Positions 24,701 to 37,600 of a stretch of DNA of 64,000 nt are shown here, in pieces. The DNA lies in the NCBI GenBank assembly GCA_964016885.1, contig OZ024741.1, positions 250,108,001 to 250,172,000 on the forward strand, given 5' to 3'. A program made the translations under genes and the position numbers. Each line of letters starts with the position of its first letter. Position 1 is the first letter of the stretch. This DNA is from Eledone cirrhosa. Lineage: Eukaryota. The notes under the pieces are model-generated. The model was given only the letters and a program-made list of their open reading frames with translations. It was not told the DNA's origin and searched no databases.

Positions 24701-27700
24701 TAAAAAAAAATCAGGGGGAGATAATTTGTAAAAAAATCAGGGGGAGATAATTTGTAAAAAAAAAATCAGGGGGAGATAATTTGTAAAAAAAATCAGGGGG
24801 AGATAATTTGTAGAAAAAATCAGGGGTAGATAATTTGTAAAAAAAATCAGGGGGAGATAATTTGTAAAAAAAATCAGGGGGAGATAATTTGTAAAAAAAA
24901 TCAGGGGTAGATAATTTTCAGCCGTCCAAGGGGAGATAATTTCCATCCTTCCAAGGGGAGATAATTTCCAGCCGTCCAAGGGGAGATAATTTCCCGCCAG
25001 CCAAGGAGAGATAACATTTAAAAAAATCAGGCGGAGATAATTTGTAAAAAAAATCAGGGGGAGATAATTTGTAAAAAAATCAGGGGGAGATAATTTGTAA
25101 AAAAAAATCAGGGGTAGATAATTTCCAGCCGTCCAAGGGGAGATAATTTCCATCCTTCCAAGGGGAGATAATTTCCAGCCGTCCAAGGGGAGATAATTTC
25201 CCGCCAGCCAAGGAGAGATAATATTTAAAAAAATCAGGCGGAGATAATTTGTAAAAAAAATCAGGGGGAGATAATTTGTAAAAAAATCAGGGGGAGATAA
25301 TTTGTAAAAAAAAATCAGGGGGAGATAATTTGTAAAAAAAATCAGGCGGAGATAATTTGTAAACAAAAATCAGGGGGAGATAATTTGTAAAAAAAAATCA
25401 GGGGGAGATAATTTGTAAAAAAAAATCAGGGGGAGATAATTTGTAAAAAAAAATCAAGGGGAGATAATTTCCAGCCGTCCAAGGGGAGGTAATATCTAGC
25501 CATCCAAGGGGAGATAATTTCCAGCCGTCCAAGGGGAGATAATTTCCAGCCGTCCAAGGGGAGATAATATCCAGCCGTCCAAGGAGACATATTTTCCAGC
25601 CGTCCAAGGAGAGGTAATTTCTAGCCGTCCAAGGGGAGATAAGTTCCTGCCTCCAAGGGGAGATAATTTCCAGCCAGCCAAGGGGAGATAATTTGTAAAA
25701 AAATCAGGGGGAGATAATTTGTAAAAAAAAAATCAGGGGGAGATAATTTGTAAAAAAATCAGGGTGAGATAATTTGTAAAAAAAAAATCAGGGGGAGATA
25801 ATTTGTAAAAAAAATCAGGGGGAGATAATTTGTAGAAAAAATCAGGGGTAGATAATTTGTAAAAAAAATCAGGGGGAGATAATTTATAAAAAAAATCAGG
25901 GGGAGATAATTTGTAAAAAAAATCAGGGGTAGATAATTTTCAGCCGTCCAAGGGGAGATAATTTCCATCCTTCCAAGGGGAGATAATTTCCAGCCGTCCA
26001 AGGGGAGATAATTTCCCGCCAGCCAAGGAGAGATAACATTTAAAAAAATCAGGCGGAGATAATTTGTAAAAAAAATCAGGGGGAGATAATTTGTAAAAAA
26101 ATCAGGGGGAGATAATTTGTAAAAAAAATCAGGGGTAGATAATTTCCAGCCGTCCAAGGGGAGATAATTTCCATCCTTCGAAGGGGAGATAATTTCCAGC
26201 CGTCCAAGGGGAGGTAATATCTAGCCATCCAAGGGGAGATAATTTCCAGCCGTCCAAGGGGAGATAATTTCCAGCCGTCCAAGGGGAGATAATATCCAGC
26301 CGTCCAAGGAGACATATTTTCCAGCCGTCCAAGGAGACGTAATTTCTAGCCGTCCAAGGGGAGATAAGTTCCAGCCTCCAAGGGGAGATAATTTCCAGCC
26401 AGCCAAGGGGAGATAATTTGTAAAAAAATTAGGGGGAGATAATTTGTAAAAAAAAATCAGGGGGAGATAATTTGTAAAAAAAATCAAGGGGAGATAATTT
26501 CCAGCCGTCCAAGGGGAGATAATTTTCAGCCGTCCAAGGAGAGGTAAATTCTAGCCGTCCAAGGAGATATAATTTCCAGCCGTCCAAGGGGAGATAATTT
26601 CCAGCCGTCCAAGGGGAGATAATTTAAAAAAAAAAATCAGGCGGAGATAATTTGTAAACAAAAATCAGGGGGAGATAATTTTTAAAAAAAAATCAGGGGG
26701 AGATAATTTGTAAAAAAAAATCAGGGGGAGATAATTTGTAAAAAAAATCAAGGGGAGATAATTTCCAGCCGTCCAAGGGGAGGTAATATCTAGCCATCCA
26801 AGGGGAGATAATTTCCAGCCGTCCAAGGGGAGATAATTTCCAGCCGTCCAAGGGGAGATAATATCCAGCCGTCCAAGGAGACATATTTTCCAGCCGTCCA
26901 AGGAGAGGTAATTTCTAGCCGTCCAAGGGGAGATAAGTTCCAGCCTCCAAGGGGAGATAATTTCCAGCCAGCCAAGGGGAGATAATTTGTAAAAAAATCA
27001 GGGGGGAGATAATTTGTAAAAAAAATCAGGGGGAGATAATTTGAAAAAAAAATCAGGGGGAGATAATTTGTAAAAAATATCAAGGGGAGATAATTTCCAG
27101 CCCTCCAAGGGGCTATAATTTCCAGCCGTGCAAGGGGAGATAATTTCCAGCCGTCCAAGGGGAGATAATTTCCATCCTTCCAAGGGGAGATAATTTCCAG
27201 CCGTCCAAGGGGAGATAATTTCCCGCCAGCCAAGGGAAGATAATTTTTTAAAAAATCAGGCGGAGATTGTAAAAAAAATCAGGGGGAGATAATTTGTAAA
27301 AAAATCAGGGGGAGATAATTTGTAAAAAAAAAATCAGGGAGAGATAATTTGTAAAAAAAAATCAGGGGGAGCTAATTTGTAAAAAAAATCAGGGGGAGAT
27401 AATTTGTAAAAAAAAATCAGGGGGAGATAATTTGTAAAAAAAAAATCAGGGGGAGATAATTTGTAAAAAAATCAAGGGGAGATAATTTCCAGCCGTCCAA
27501 GGGGAGATAATTTTCAGCCGTCCAAGGAGGTAATTTCTAGCCGTCCAAGGGGAGATAATTTCCAGCCGTCCAAGGGGAGATAATTTTTTTAAAAAAATCA
27601 GGCGGAGATAATTTGTAAACAAAAATCAGGGGGAGATAATTTGTAAAAAAAAATCAGGGGGAGATAATTTGTAAAAAAAAATCAGGGGTAGATAATTTGT

Positions 27701-30700
27701 AAAAAAAATCAAGGGGAGATAATTTCCAGCCGTCCAAGGGGAGGTAATATCTAGCCATCCAAGGGGAGATAATTTCCAGCCGTCCAAGGGGAGATAATTT
27801 CCAGCCGTCCAAGGGGAGATAATATCCAGCCGTCCAAGGAGACATATTTTCCAGCCGTCCAAGGAGAGGTAATTTCTAGCCGTCCAAGGGGAGATAAGTT
27901 CCAGCCTCCAAGGGGAGATAATTTCCAGCCAGCCAAGGGGAGATAATTTGTAAAAAAATCAGGGGGAGATAATTTGTAAAAAAAAATCAGGGGGAGATAA
28001 TTTGTAAAAAAATCAGGGGGAGATAATTTCTAAAAAAAAAATCAGGGGGAGATAATTTGTAAAAAAAATCAGGGGGAGATAATTTGTAGAAAAAATCAGG
28101 GGTAGATAATTTGTAAAAAAAATCAGGGGGAGATAATTTGTAAAAAAAATCAGGGGGAGATAATTTGTAAAAAAAATCAGGGGTAGATAATTTTCAGCCG
28201 TCCAAGGGGAGATAATTTCCATCCTTCCAAGGGGAGATAATTTCCAGCCGTCCAAGGGGAGATAATTTCCCGCCAGCCAAGGAGAGATAACATTTAAAAA
28301 AATCAGGCGGAGATAATTTGTAAAAAAAATCAGGGGGAGATAATTTGTAAAAAAATCAGGGGGAGATAATTTGTAAAAAAAATCAGGGGTAGATAATTTC
28401 CAGCCGTCCAAGGGGAGATAATTTCCATCCTTCCAAGGGGAGATAATTTCCAGCCGTCCAAGGGGAGATAATTTCCCGCCAGCCAAGGAGAGATAATATT
28501 TAAAAAAATCAGGCGGAGATAATTTGTAAAAAAAATCAGGGGGAGATAATTTGTAAAAAAATCAGGGGGAGATAATTTGTAAAAAAAAATCAGGGGGAGA
28601 TAATTTGTAAAAAAAATCAGGGGGAGATAATTTGTAAAAAAAATCAGGGGTAGATAATTTGTAAAAAAAAATCAGGGGGAGATAATTTGTAAAAAAAAAA
28701 TCAGGGGGAGATAATTTGTAAAAAAATCAAGGGGAGATAATTTCCAGCCGTCCAAGGGGAGATAATTTTCAGCCGTCCAAGGAGAGGTAATTTCTAGCCG
28801 TCCAAGGGGAGATAATTTCCAGCCGTCCAAGGGGAGATAATTTTTTTTAAAAAATCAGGCGGAGATAATTTGTAAACAAAAATCAGGGGGAGATAATTTG
28901 TAAAAAAAAATCAGGGGGAGATAATTTGTTAAAAAAAATCAGGGGGAGATAATTTGTAAAAAAAATCAAGGGGAGATAATTTCCAGCCGTCCAAGGGGAG
29001 GTAATATCTAGCCATCCAAGGGGAGATAATTTCCAGCCGTCCAAGGGGAAATAATTTCCAGCCGTCCAAGGGGAGATAATATCCAGCCGTCCAAGGAGAC
29101 ATATTTTCCAGCCGTCCAAGGAGAGGTAATTTCTAGCCGTCCAAGGGGAGATAAGTTCCTGCCTCCAAGGGGAGATAATTTCCAGCCAGCCAAGGGGAGA
29201 TAATTTGTAAAAAAATCAGGGGGAGATAATTTGTAAAAAAAAAATCAGGGGGAGATAATTTGTAAAAAAATCAGGGGGAGATAATTTGTAAAAAAAAAAT
29301 CAGGGGGAGATAATTTGTAAAAAAAATCAGGGGGAGATAATTTGTAGAAAAAATCAGGGGTAGATAATTTGTAAAAAAAATCAGGGGGAGATAATTTGTA
29401 AAAAAAATCAGGGGGAGATAATTTGTAAAAAAAATCAGGGGTAGATAATTTTCAGCCGTCCAAGGGGAGATAATTTCCATCCTTCCAAGGGGAGATAATT
29501 TCCAGCCGTCCAAGGGGAGATAATTTCCCGCCAGCCAAGGAGAGATAACATTTAAAAAAATCAGGCGGAGATAATTTGTAAATAAAATCAGGGGGAGATA
29601 ATTTGTAAAAAAATCAGGGGGAGATAATTTGTAAAAAAAATCAGGGGTAGATAATTTCCAGCCGTCCAAGGGGAGATAATTTCCATCCTTCCAAGGGGAG
29701 ATAATTTCCAGCCGTCCAAGGGGAGATAATTTCCCGCCAGCCAAGGAGAGATAATATTTAAAAAAATCAGGCGGAGATAATTTGTAAAAAAAATCAGGGG
29801 GAGATAATTTGTAAAAAAATCAGGGGGAGATAATTTGTAAAAAAAAATCAGGGGGAGATAATTTGTAAAAAAAATCAGGGGGAGATAATTTGTAAAAAAA
29901 ATCAGGGGTAGATAATTTGTAAAAAAAAATCAGGGGGAGATAATTTGTAAAAAAAAAATCAGGGGGAGATAATTTGTAAAAAAATCAAGGTGAGATAATT
30001 TCCAGCCGTCCAAGGGGAGATAATTTTCAGCCTTCCAAGGAGAGGTAATTCCTAGCCGTCCAAGGGGAGATAATTTCCAGCCGTCCAAGGGGAGATAATT
30101 TTTTAAAAAAATCAGGCGGAGATAATTTGTAAACAAAAATCAGGGGGAGATAATTTGTAAAAAAAAATCAGGGGGAGATAATTTGTAAAAAAAAATCAGG
30201 GGGAGATAATTTGTAAAAAAAATCAAGGGGAGATAATTTCCAGCCGTCCAAGGGGAGGTAATATCTAGCCATCCAAGGGGAGATAATTTCCAGCCGTCCA
30301 AGGGGAGATAATTTCCAGCCGTCCAAGGGGAGATAATATCCAGCCGTCCAAGGAGACATATTTTCCAGCCGTCCAAGGATAGGTAATTTCTAGCCGTCCA
30401 ATGGGAGATAAGTTCCAGCCTCCAAGGGGAGATAATTTCCAGCCAGCCAAGGGGAGATAATTTGTAAAAAAATCAGGGGGAGATAATTTGTAAAAAAAAA
30501 ATCAGGGGGAGATAATTTGTAAAAAAATCAGGGGGAGATAATTTGTAAAAAAAAAATCAGGGGGAGATAATTTGTAAAAAAAATCAGGGGGAGATAATTT
30601 GTAAAAAAAATCAGGGGTAGATAATTTGTAAAAAAAATCAGGGGGAGATAATTTGTAAAAAAAATCAGGAGATAATTTGTAAAAAAAATCAGGGGTAGAT

Positions 30701-31699
30701 AATTTTCAGCCGTCCAAGGGGAGATAATTTCCATCCTTCCAAGGGGAGATAATTTCCAGCCGTCCAAGGGGAGATAATTTCCCGCCAGCCAAGGAGAGAT
30801 AACATTTAAAAAAATCAGGCGGAGATAATTTGTAAAAAAATCAGGGGGAGATAATTTGTAAAAAAAAATCAGGGGGAGATAATTTGTAAAAAAAAATCAG
30901 GGGTAGATAATTTGTAAAAAAAAATCAGGGGGAGATAATTTGTAAAAAAAAATCAGGGGGAGATAATTTGTAAAATAATCAAGGGGAGATAATTTCCAGC
31001 CGTCCAAGGGGAGATAATTTTCAGCCGTCCAAGGAGAGGTAATTTCTAGCCGTCCAAGGGGAGATAATTTCCAGCCGTCCAAGGGGAGATAATTTTTTAA
31101 AAAAAATCAGGCGGAGATAATTTGTAAACAAAAATCAGGGGGAGATAATTTGTAAAAAAAAATCAGGGGGAGATAATTTGTAAAAAAAATCAAGGGGAGA
31201 TAATTTCCAGCCGTCCAAGGGGAGGTAATATCTAGCCATCCAAGGGGAGATAATTTCCAGCCGTCCAAGGGGAGATAATTTCCAGCCGTCCAAGGGGAGA
31301 TAATATCCAGCCGTCCAAGGAGACATATTTTCCAGCCGTCCAAGGAGACGTAATTTCTAGCCGTCCAAGGGGAGATAAGTTCCAGCCTCCAAGGGGAGAT
31401 AATTTCCAGCCAGCCAAGGGGAGATAATTTGTAAAAAAATTAGGGGGAGATAATTTGTAAAAAAAAATCAGGGGGAGATAATTTGTAAAAAAAAATCAAG
31501 GGGAGATAATTTGTAAAAAAAATCAAGGGGAGATAATTTCCAGCCGTCCAAGGGGAGATAATTTTCAGCCGTCCAAGGAGAGGTAAATTCTAGCCGTCCA
31601 AGGGGATATAATTTCCAGCCGTCCAAGGGGAGATAATTTCCAGCCGTCCAAGGGGAGATAATTTTTAAAAAAAAATCAGGCGGAGATAATTTGTAAACA

Positions 31700-34600
31700 A
31701 AAATCAGGGGGAGATAATTTGTAAAAAAAAATCAGGGGAGATAATTTGTAAAAAAAATCAGGGGGAGATAATTTGTAAAAAAAAATCAGGGGTAGATAAT
31801 TTGTAAAAAAAAATCAGGGGGAGATAATTTGTAAAAAAAAAATCAGGGGGAGATAATTTGTAAACAAATCAAGGGGAGATAATTTCCAGCCGTCCAAGGG
31901 GAGATAATTTTCAGCCGTCCAAGGAGGTAATTTCTAGCCGTCCAAGGGGAGATAATTTCCAGCCGTCCAAGGGGATATAATTTTTTTTAAAAAATCAGGC
32001 GGAGATAATTTGTAAACAAAAATCAGGGGGAGATAATTTGTAAAAAAAAATCAGGGGGAGATAATTTGTAAAAAAAAATCAGGGGGAGATAATTTGTAAA
32101 AAAAATCAAGGGGAGATAATTTCCAGCCGTCCAAGGGGAGGTAATATCTAGCCATCCAAGGGGAGATAATTTCCAGCCGTCCAAGGGGAGATAATTTCCA
32201 GCCGTCCAAGGGGAGATAATATCCAGCCGTCCAAGGAGACATATTTTCCAGCCGTCCAAGGAGAGGTAATTTCTAGCCGTCCAAGGGGAGATAAGTTCCA
32301 GCCTCCAAGGGGAGAAAATTTCCAGCCAGCCAAGGGGTGATAATTTGTAAAAAAATCAGGGGGAGATAATTTATAAAAAAAAATTCAGGGGGAGATAATT
32401 TGTAAAAAAATCAGGGGGAGATAATTTGTAAAAAGAAAATCAGGGGGAGATAATTTGTAAAAAAAATCAGGGGGAGATAATTTGTAGAAAAAATCAGGGG
32501 TAGATAATTTGTAAAAAAAATCAGGGGGAGATAATTTGTAAAAAAAATCAGGGGGAGATAATTTGTAAAAAAAATCAGGGGTAGATAATTTTCAGCCGTC
32601 CAAGGGGAGATAATTTCCATCCTTCCAAGGGGAGATAATTTCCAGCCGTCCAAGGGGAGATAATTTCCCGCCAGCCAAGGAGAGATAACATTTTAAAAAA
32701 TCAGGCGGAGATAATTTGTAAAAAAAATTAGGGGGAGATAATTTGTAAAAAAATCAGGGGGAGATAATTTGTAAAAAAAATCAGGGGTAGATAATTTCCA
32801 GCCGTCCAAGGGGAGATAATTTCCATCCTTCCAAGGGGAGATAATTTCCAGCCGTCCAAGGGGAGATAATTTCCCGCCAGCCAAGGAGAGATAATATTTT
32901 AAAAAATCAGGCGGAGATAATTTGTAAAAAAAATCAGGGGGAGATAATTTGTAAAAAAATCAGGGGGAGATAATTTGTAAAAAAAAAATCAGGGGGAGAT
33001 AATTTGTAAAAAAAATCAGGGGGAGATAATTTGTAAAAAAAATCAGGGGTAGATAATTTGTAAAAAAAAATCAGGGGGAGATAATTTGTAAAAAAAAAAT
33101 CAGGGGGAGATAATTTGTAAAAAAATCAAGGGGAGATAATTTCCAGCCGTCCAAGGGGAGATAATTTTCAGCCGTCCAAGGAGAGGTAATTTCTAGCCGT
33201 CCAAGGTGAGATAATTTCCAGCCGTCCAAGGGGAGATAATTTTTTTTAAAAAATCAGGCGGAGATAATTTGTAAACAAAAATCAGGGGGAGATAATTTGT
33301 AAAAAAAAATCAGGGGGAGATAATTTGTAAAAAAAAATCAGGGGGAGATAATTTGTAAAAAAAATCAAGGGGAGATAATTTCCAGCCGTCCAAGGGGAGG
33401 TAATATCTAGCCATCCAAGGGGAGATAATTTCCAGCCGTCCAAGGGGAGATAATTTCCAGCCGTCCAAGGGGAGATAATATCCAGCCGTCCAAGGAGACA
33501 TATTTTCCAGCCGTCCAAGGAGAGGTAATTTCTAGCCGTCCAAGGGGAGATAAGTTCCTGCCTCCAAGGGGAGATAATTTCCAGCCAGCCAAGGGGAGAT
33601 AATTTGTAAAAAAATCAGGGGGAGATAATTTGTAAAAAAAAAATCAGGGGGAGATAATTTGTAAAAAAATCAGGGGGAGATAATTTGTAAAAAAAAAATC
33701 AGGGGGAGATAATTTGTAAAAAAAATCAGGGGGAGATAATTTGTAAAAAAAATCAGGGGTAGATAATTTGTAAAAAAAATCAGGGGGAGATAATTTGTAA
33801 AAAAAATTAGGGGGAGATAATTTGTAAAAAAAATCAGGGGTAGATAATTTTCAGCCCTCCAAGGGGAGATAATTTCCATCCTTCCAAGGGGAGATAATTT
33901 CCAGCCGTCCAAGGGGAGATAATTTCCCGCCAGCCAAGGAGAGATAACATTTAAAAAAATCAGGCGGAGATAATTTGTAAAAAAAATCAGGGGGAGATAA
34001 TTTGTAAAAAAATCAGGGGGAGATAATTTGTAAAAAAAATCAGGGGTAGATAATTTCCAGCCGTCCAAGGGGAGATAATTTCCATCCTTCCAAGGGGAGA
34101 TAATTTCCAGCCGTCCAAGGGGAGATAATTTCCCGCCAGCCAAGGAGAGATAATATTTAAAAAAATCAGGCGGAGATAATTTGTAAAAAAAATCAGGGGG
34201 AGATAATTTGTAAAAAAATCAGGGGGAGATAATTTGTAAAAAAAAATCAGTGGGAGATAATTTGTAAAAAAAATCAGGGGGAGATAATTTGTAAAAAAAA
34301 ATCAGGGGTAGATAATTTGTAAAAAAAATCAGGGGGAGATAATTTGTAAAAAAAAATCAGGGGGAGATAATTTGTAAAAAAATCAAGGGGAGATAATTTC
34401 CAGCCGTCCAAGGGGAGATAATTTTCAGCCGTCCAAGGAGAGGTAATTTCTAGCCGTCCAAGGGGAGATAATTTCCAGCCGTCCAAGGGGAGATAATTTT
34501 TTTTAAAAAATCAGGCGGAGATAATTTGTAAACAAAAATCAGGGGGAGATAATTTGTAAAAAAAAATCAGGGGGAGATAATTTGTAAAAAAAAATCAGGG

Positions 34601-37600
34601 GGAGATAATTTGTAAAAAAAATCAAGGGGAGATAATTTCCAGCCGTCCAAGGGGAGGTAATATCTAGCCATCCAAGGGGAGATAATTTCCAGCCGTCCAA
34701 GGGGAGATAATTTCCAGCCGTCCAAGGGGAGATAATATCCAGCCGTCCAAGGAGACATATTTTCCAGCCGTCCAAGGAGACGTAATTTCTAGCCGTCCAA
34801 GGGGAGATAAGTTCCAGCCTCCAAGGGGAGATAATTTCCAGCCAGCCAAGGGGAGATAATTTGTAAAAAAATTAGGGGGAGATAATTTGTAAAAAAAAAT
34901 TAGGGGGAGATAATTTGTAAAAAAAAATCAGGGGGAGATAATTTGTAAAAAAAAATCAGGGGGAGATAATTTGTAAAAAAAATCAAGGGGAGATAATTTC
35001 CAGCCGTCCAAGGGGAGATAATTTTCAGCCGTCCAAGGAGAGGTAAATTCTAGCCGTCCAAGGAGATATAATTTCCAGCCGTCCAAGGGGAGATAATTTC
35101 CAGCCGTCCAAGGGGAGATAATTTTAAAAAAAAAATCAGGCGGAGATAATTTGTAAACAAAAATCAGGGGGAGATAATTTTTAAAAAAAAATCAGGGGGA
35201 GATAATTTGTAAAAAAAAATCAGGGGGAGATAATTTGTAAAAAAAATCAAGGGGAGATAATTTCCAGCCGTCCAAGGGGAGGTAATATCTAGCCATCCAA
35301 GGGGAGATAATTTCCAGCCGTCCAAGGGGAGATAATTTCCAGCCGTCCAAGGGGAGATAATATCCAGCCGTCCAAGGAGACATATTTTCCAGCCGTCCAA
35401 GGAGAGGTAATTTCTAGCCGTCCAAGGGGAGATAAGTTCCAGCCTCCAAGGGGAGATAATTTCCAGCCAGCCAAGGGGAGATAATTTGTAAAAAAATCAG
35501 GGGGGAGATAATTTGTAAAAAAAATCAGGGGGAGATAATTTGAAAAAAAAATCAGGGGGAGATAATTTGTAAAAAATATCAAGGGGAGATAATTTCCAGC
35601 CCTCCAAGGGGCTATAATTTCCAGCCGTGCAAGAGGAGATAATTTCCAGCCGTCCAAGGGGAGATAATTTCCATCCTTCCAAGGGGAGATAATTTCCAGC
35701 CGTCCAAGGGGAGATAATTTCCCGCCAGCCAAGGGAAGATAATTTTTTAAAAAATCAGGCGGAGATTGTAAAAAAAATCAGGGGGAGATAATTTGTAAAA
35801 AAATCAGGGGGAGATAATTTGTAAAAAAAAAATCAGGGGGAGATAATTTGTAAAAAAAAATCAGGGGGAGATAATTTGTAAAAAAAATCAGGGGGAGATA
35901 ATTTGTAAAAAAAATCAGGGGTAGATAATTTGTAAAAAAAATCAGGGGGAGATAATTTGTAAAAAAAATCAGGGGGAGATAATTTGTAAAAAAAATCAGG
36001 GGTAGATAATTTTCAGCCGTCCAAGGGGAGATAATTTCCATCCTTCCAAGGGGAGATAATTTCCAGCCGTCCAAGGGGAGATAATTTCCCGCCAGCCAAG
36101 GAGAGATAACATTTAAAAAAATCAGGCGGAGATAATTTGTAAAAAAATCAGGAGGAGATAATTTGTAAAAAAAATCAGGGGTAGATAATTTCCAGCCGTC
36201 CAAGGGGAGATAATTTCCATCCTTCCAAGGGGAGATAATTTCCAGCCGTCCAAGGGGAGATAATTTCCCGCCAGCCAAGGAGAGATAATATTTAAAAAAA
36301 TCAGGCGGAGATAATTTGTAAAAAAAATCAGGGGGAGATAATTTGTAAAAAAATCAGGGGTAGATAATTTGTAAAAAAAAATCAGGGGGAGATAATTTGT
36401 AAAAAAAAATCAGGGAGAGATAATTTGTAAAAAAAAATCAGGGGTAGATAATTTGTAAAAAAAAATCAGGGGGAGATAATTTGTAAAAAAAAAATCAGGG
36501 GGAGATAATTTGTAAAAAAATCAAGGGGAGATAATTTCCAGCCGTCCAAATGGAGATAATTTTCAGCCGTCCAAGGAGAGGTAATTTCTAGCCGTTCAAG
36601 GGGAGATAATTTCCAGCCGTCCAAGGGGAGATAATTTTTTTAAAAAAATCAGGCGGAGATAATTTGTAAACAAAAATCAGGGGGAGATAATTTGTAAAAA
36701 AAAATCAGGGGGAGATAATTTGTAAAAAAAAATCAGGGGGAGATAATTTGTAAAAAAAATCAAGGGGAGATAATTTGTAAAAAAAAATCAGGGGTAGATA
36801 ATTTGTAAAAAAAAATCAGGGGGAGATAATTTGTAAAAAAAAAATCAGGGGGAGATAATTTGTAAAAAAATCAAGGGGAGATAATTTCCAGCCGTCCAAG
36901 GGGAGATAATTTTCAGCCGTCCAAGGAGAGGTAATTTCTAGCCGTCCAAGGGGAGATAATTTCCAGCCAGCCAAGGGGAGATAATTTGTAAAAAAATCAG
37001 GGGTAGATAATTTGTAAAAAAAATCAGGGGTAGATAATTTGTAAAAAAAATCAGGGGGAGATAATTTGTAAAAAAAATCAGGGGTAGATAATTTCCAGCC
37101 GTCCAAGGGGAGATAATTTCCATCCTTCCAAGGGGAGATAATTTCCAGCCGTCCAAGGGGAGATAATTTCCCGCCAGCCAAGGAGAGATAACATTTAAAA
37201 AAATCAGGCGGAGATAATTTGTAAAAAAAATCAGGGGGAGATAATTTGTAAAAAAATCAGGGGGAGATAATTTGTAAAAAAAATCAGGGGTAGATAATTT
37301 CCAGCCGTCCAAGGGGAGATAATTTCCATCCTTCCAAGGGGAGATAATTTCCAGCCGTCCAAGGGGAGATAATTTCCCGCCAGCCAAGGAGAGATAATAT
37401 TTAAAAAAATCAGGCGGAGATAATTTGTAAAAAAAAATCAGGGGTAGATAATTTGTAAAAAAAAATCAGGGGGAGATAATTTGTAAAATAAAAATCAGGG
37501 GGAGATAATTTGTAAAAAAATCAAGGGGAGATAATTTCCAGCCGTCCAAGGGGAGATAATTTTCAGCCGTCCAAGGAGGTAATTTCTAGCCGTCCAAGGG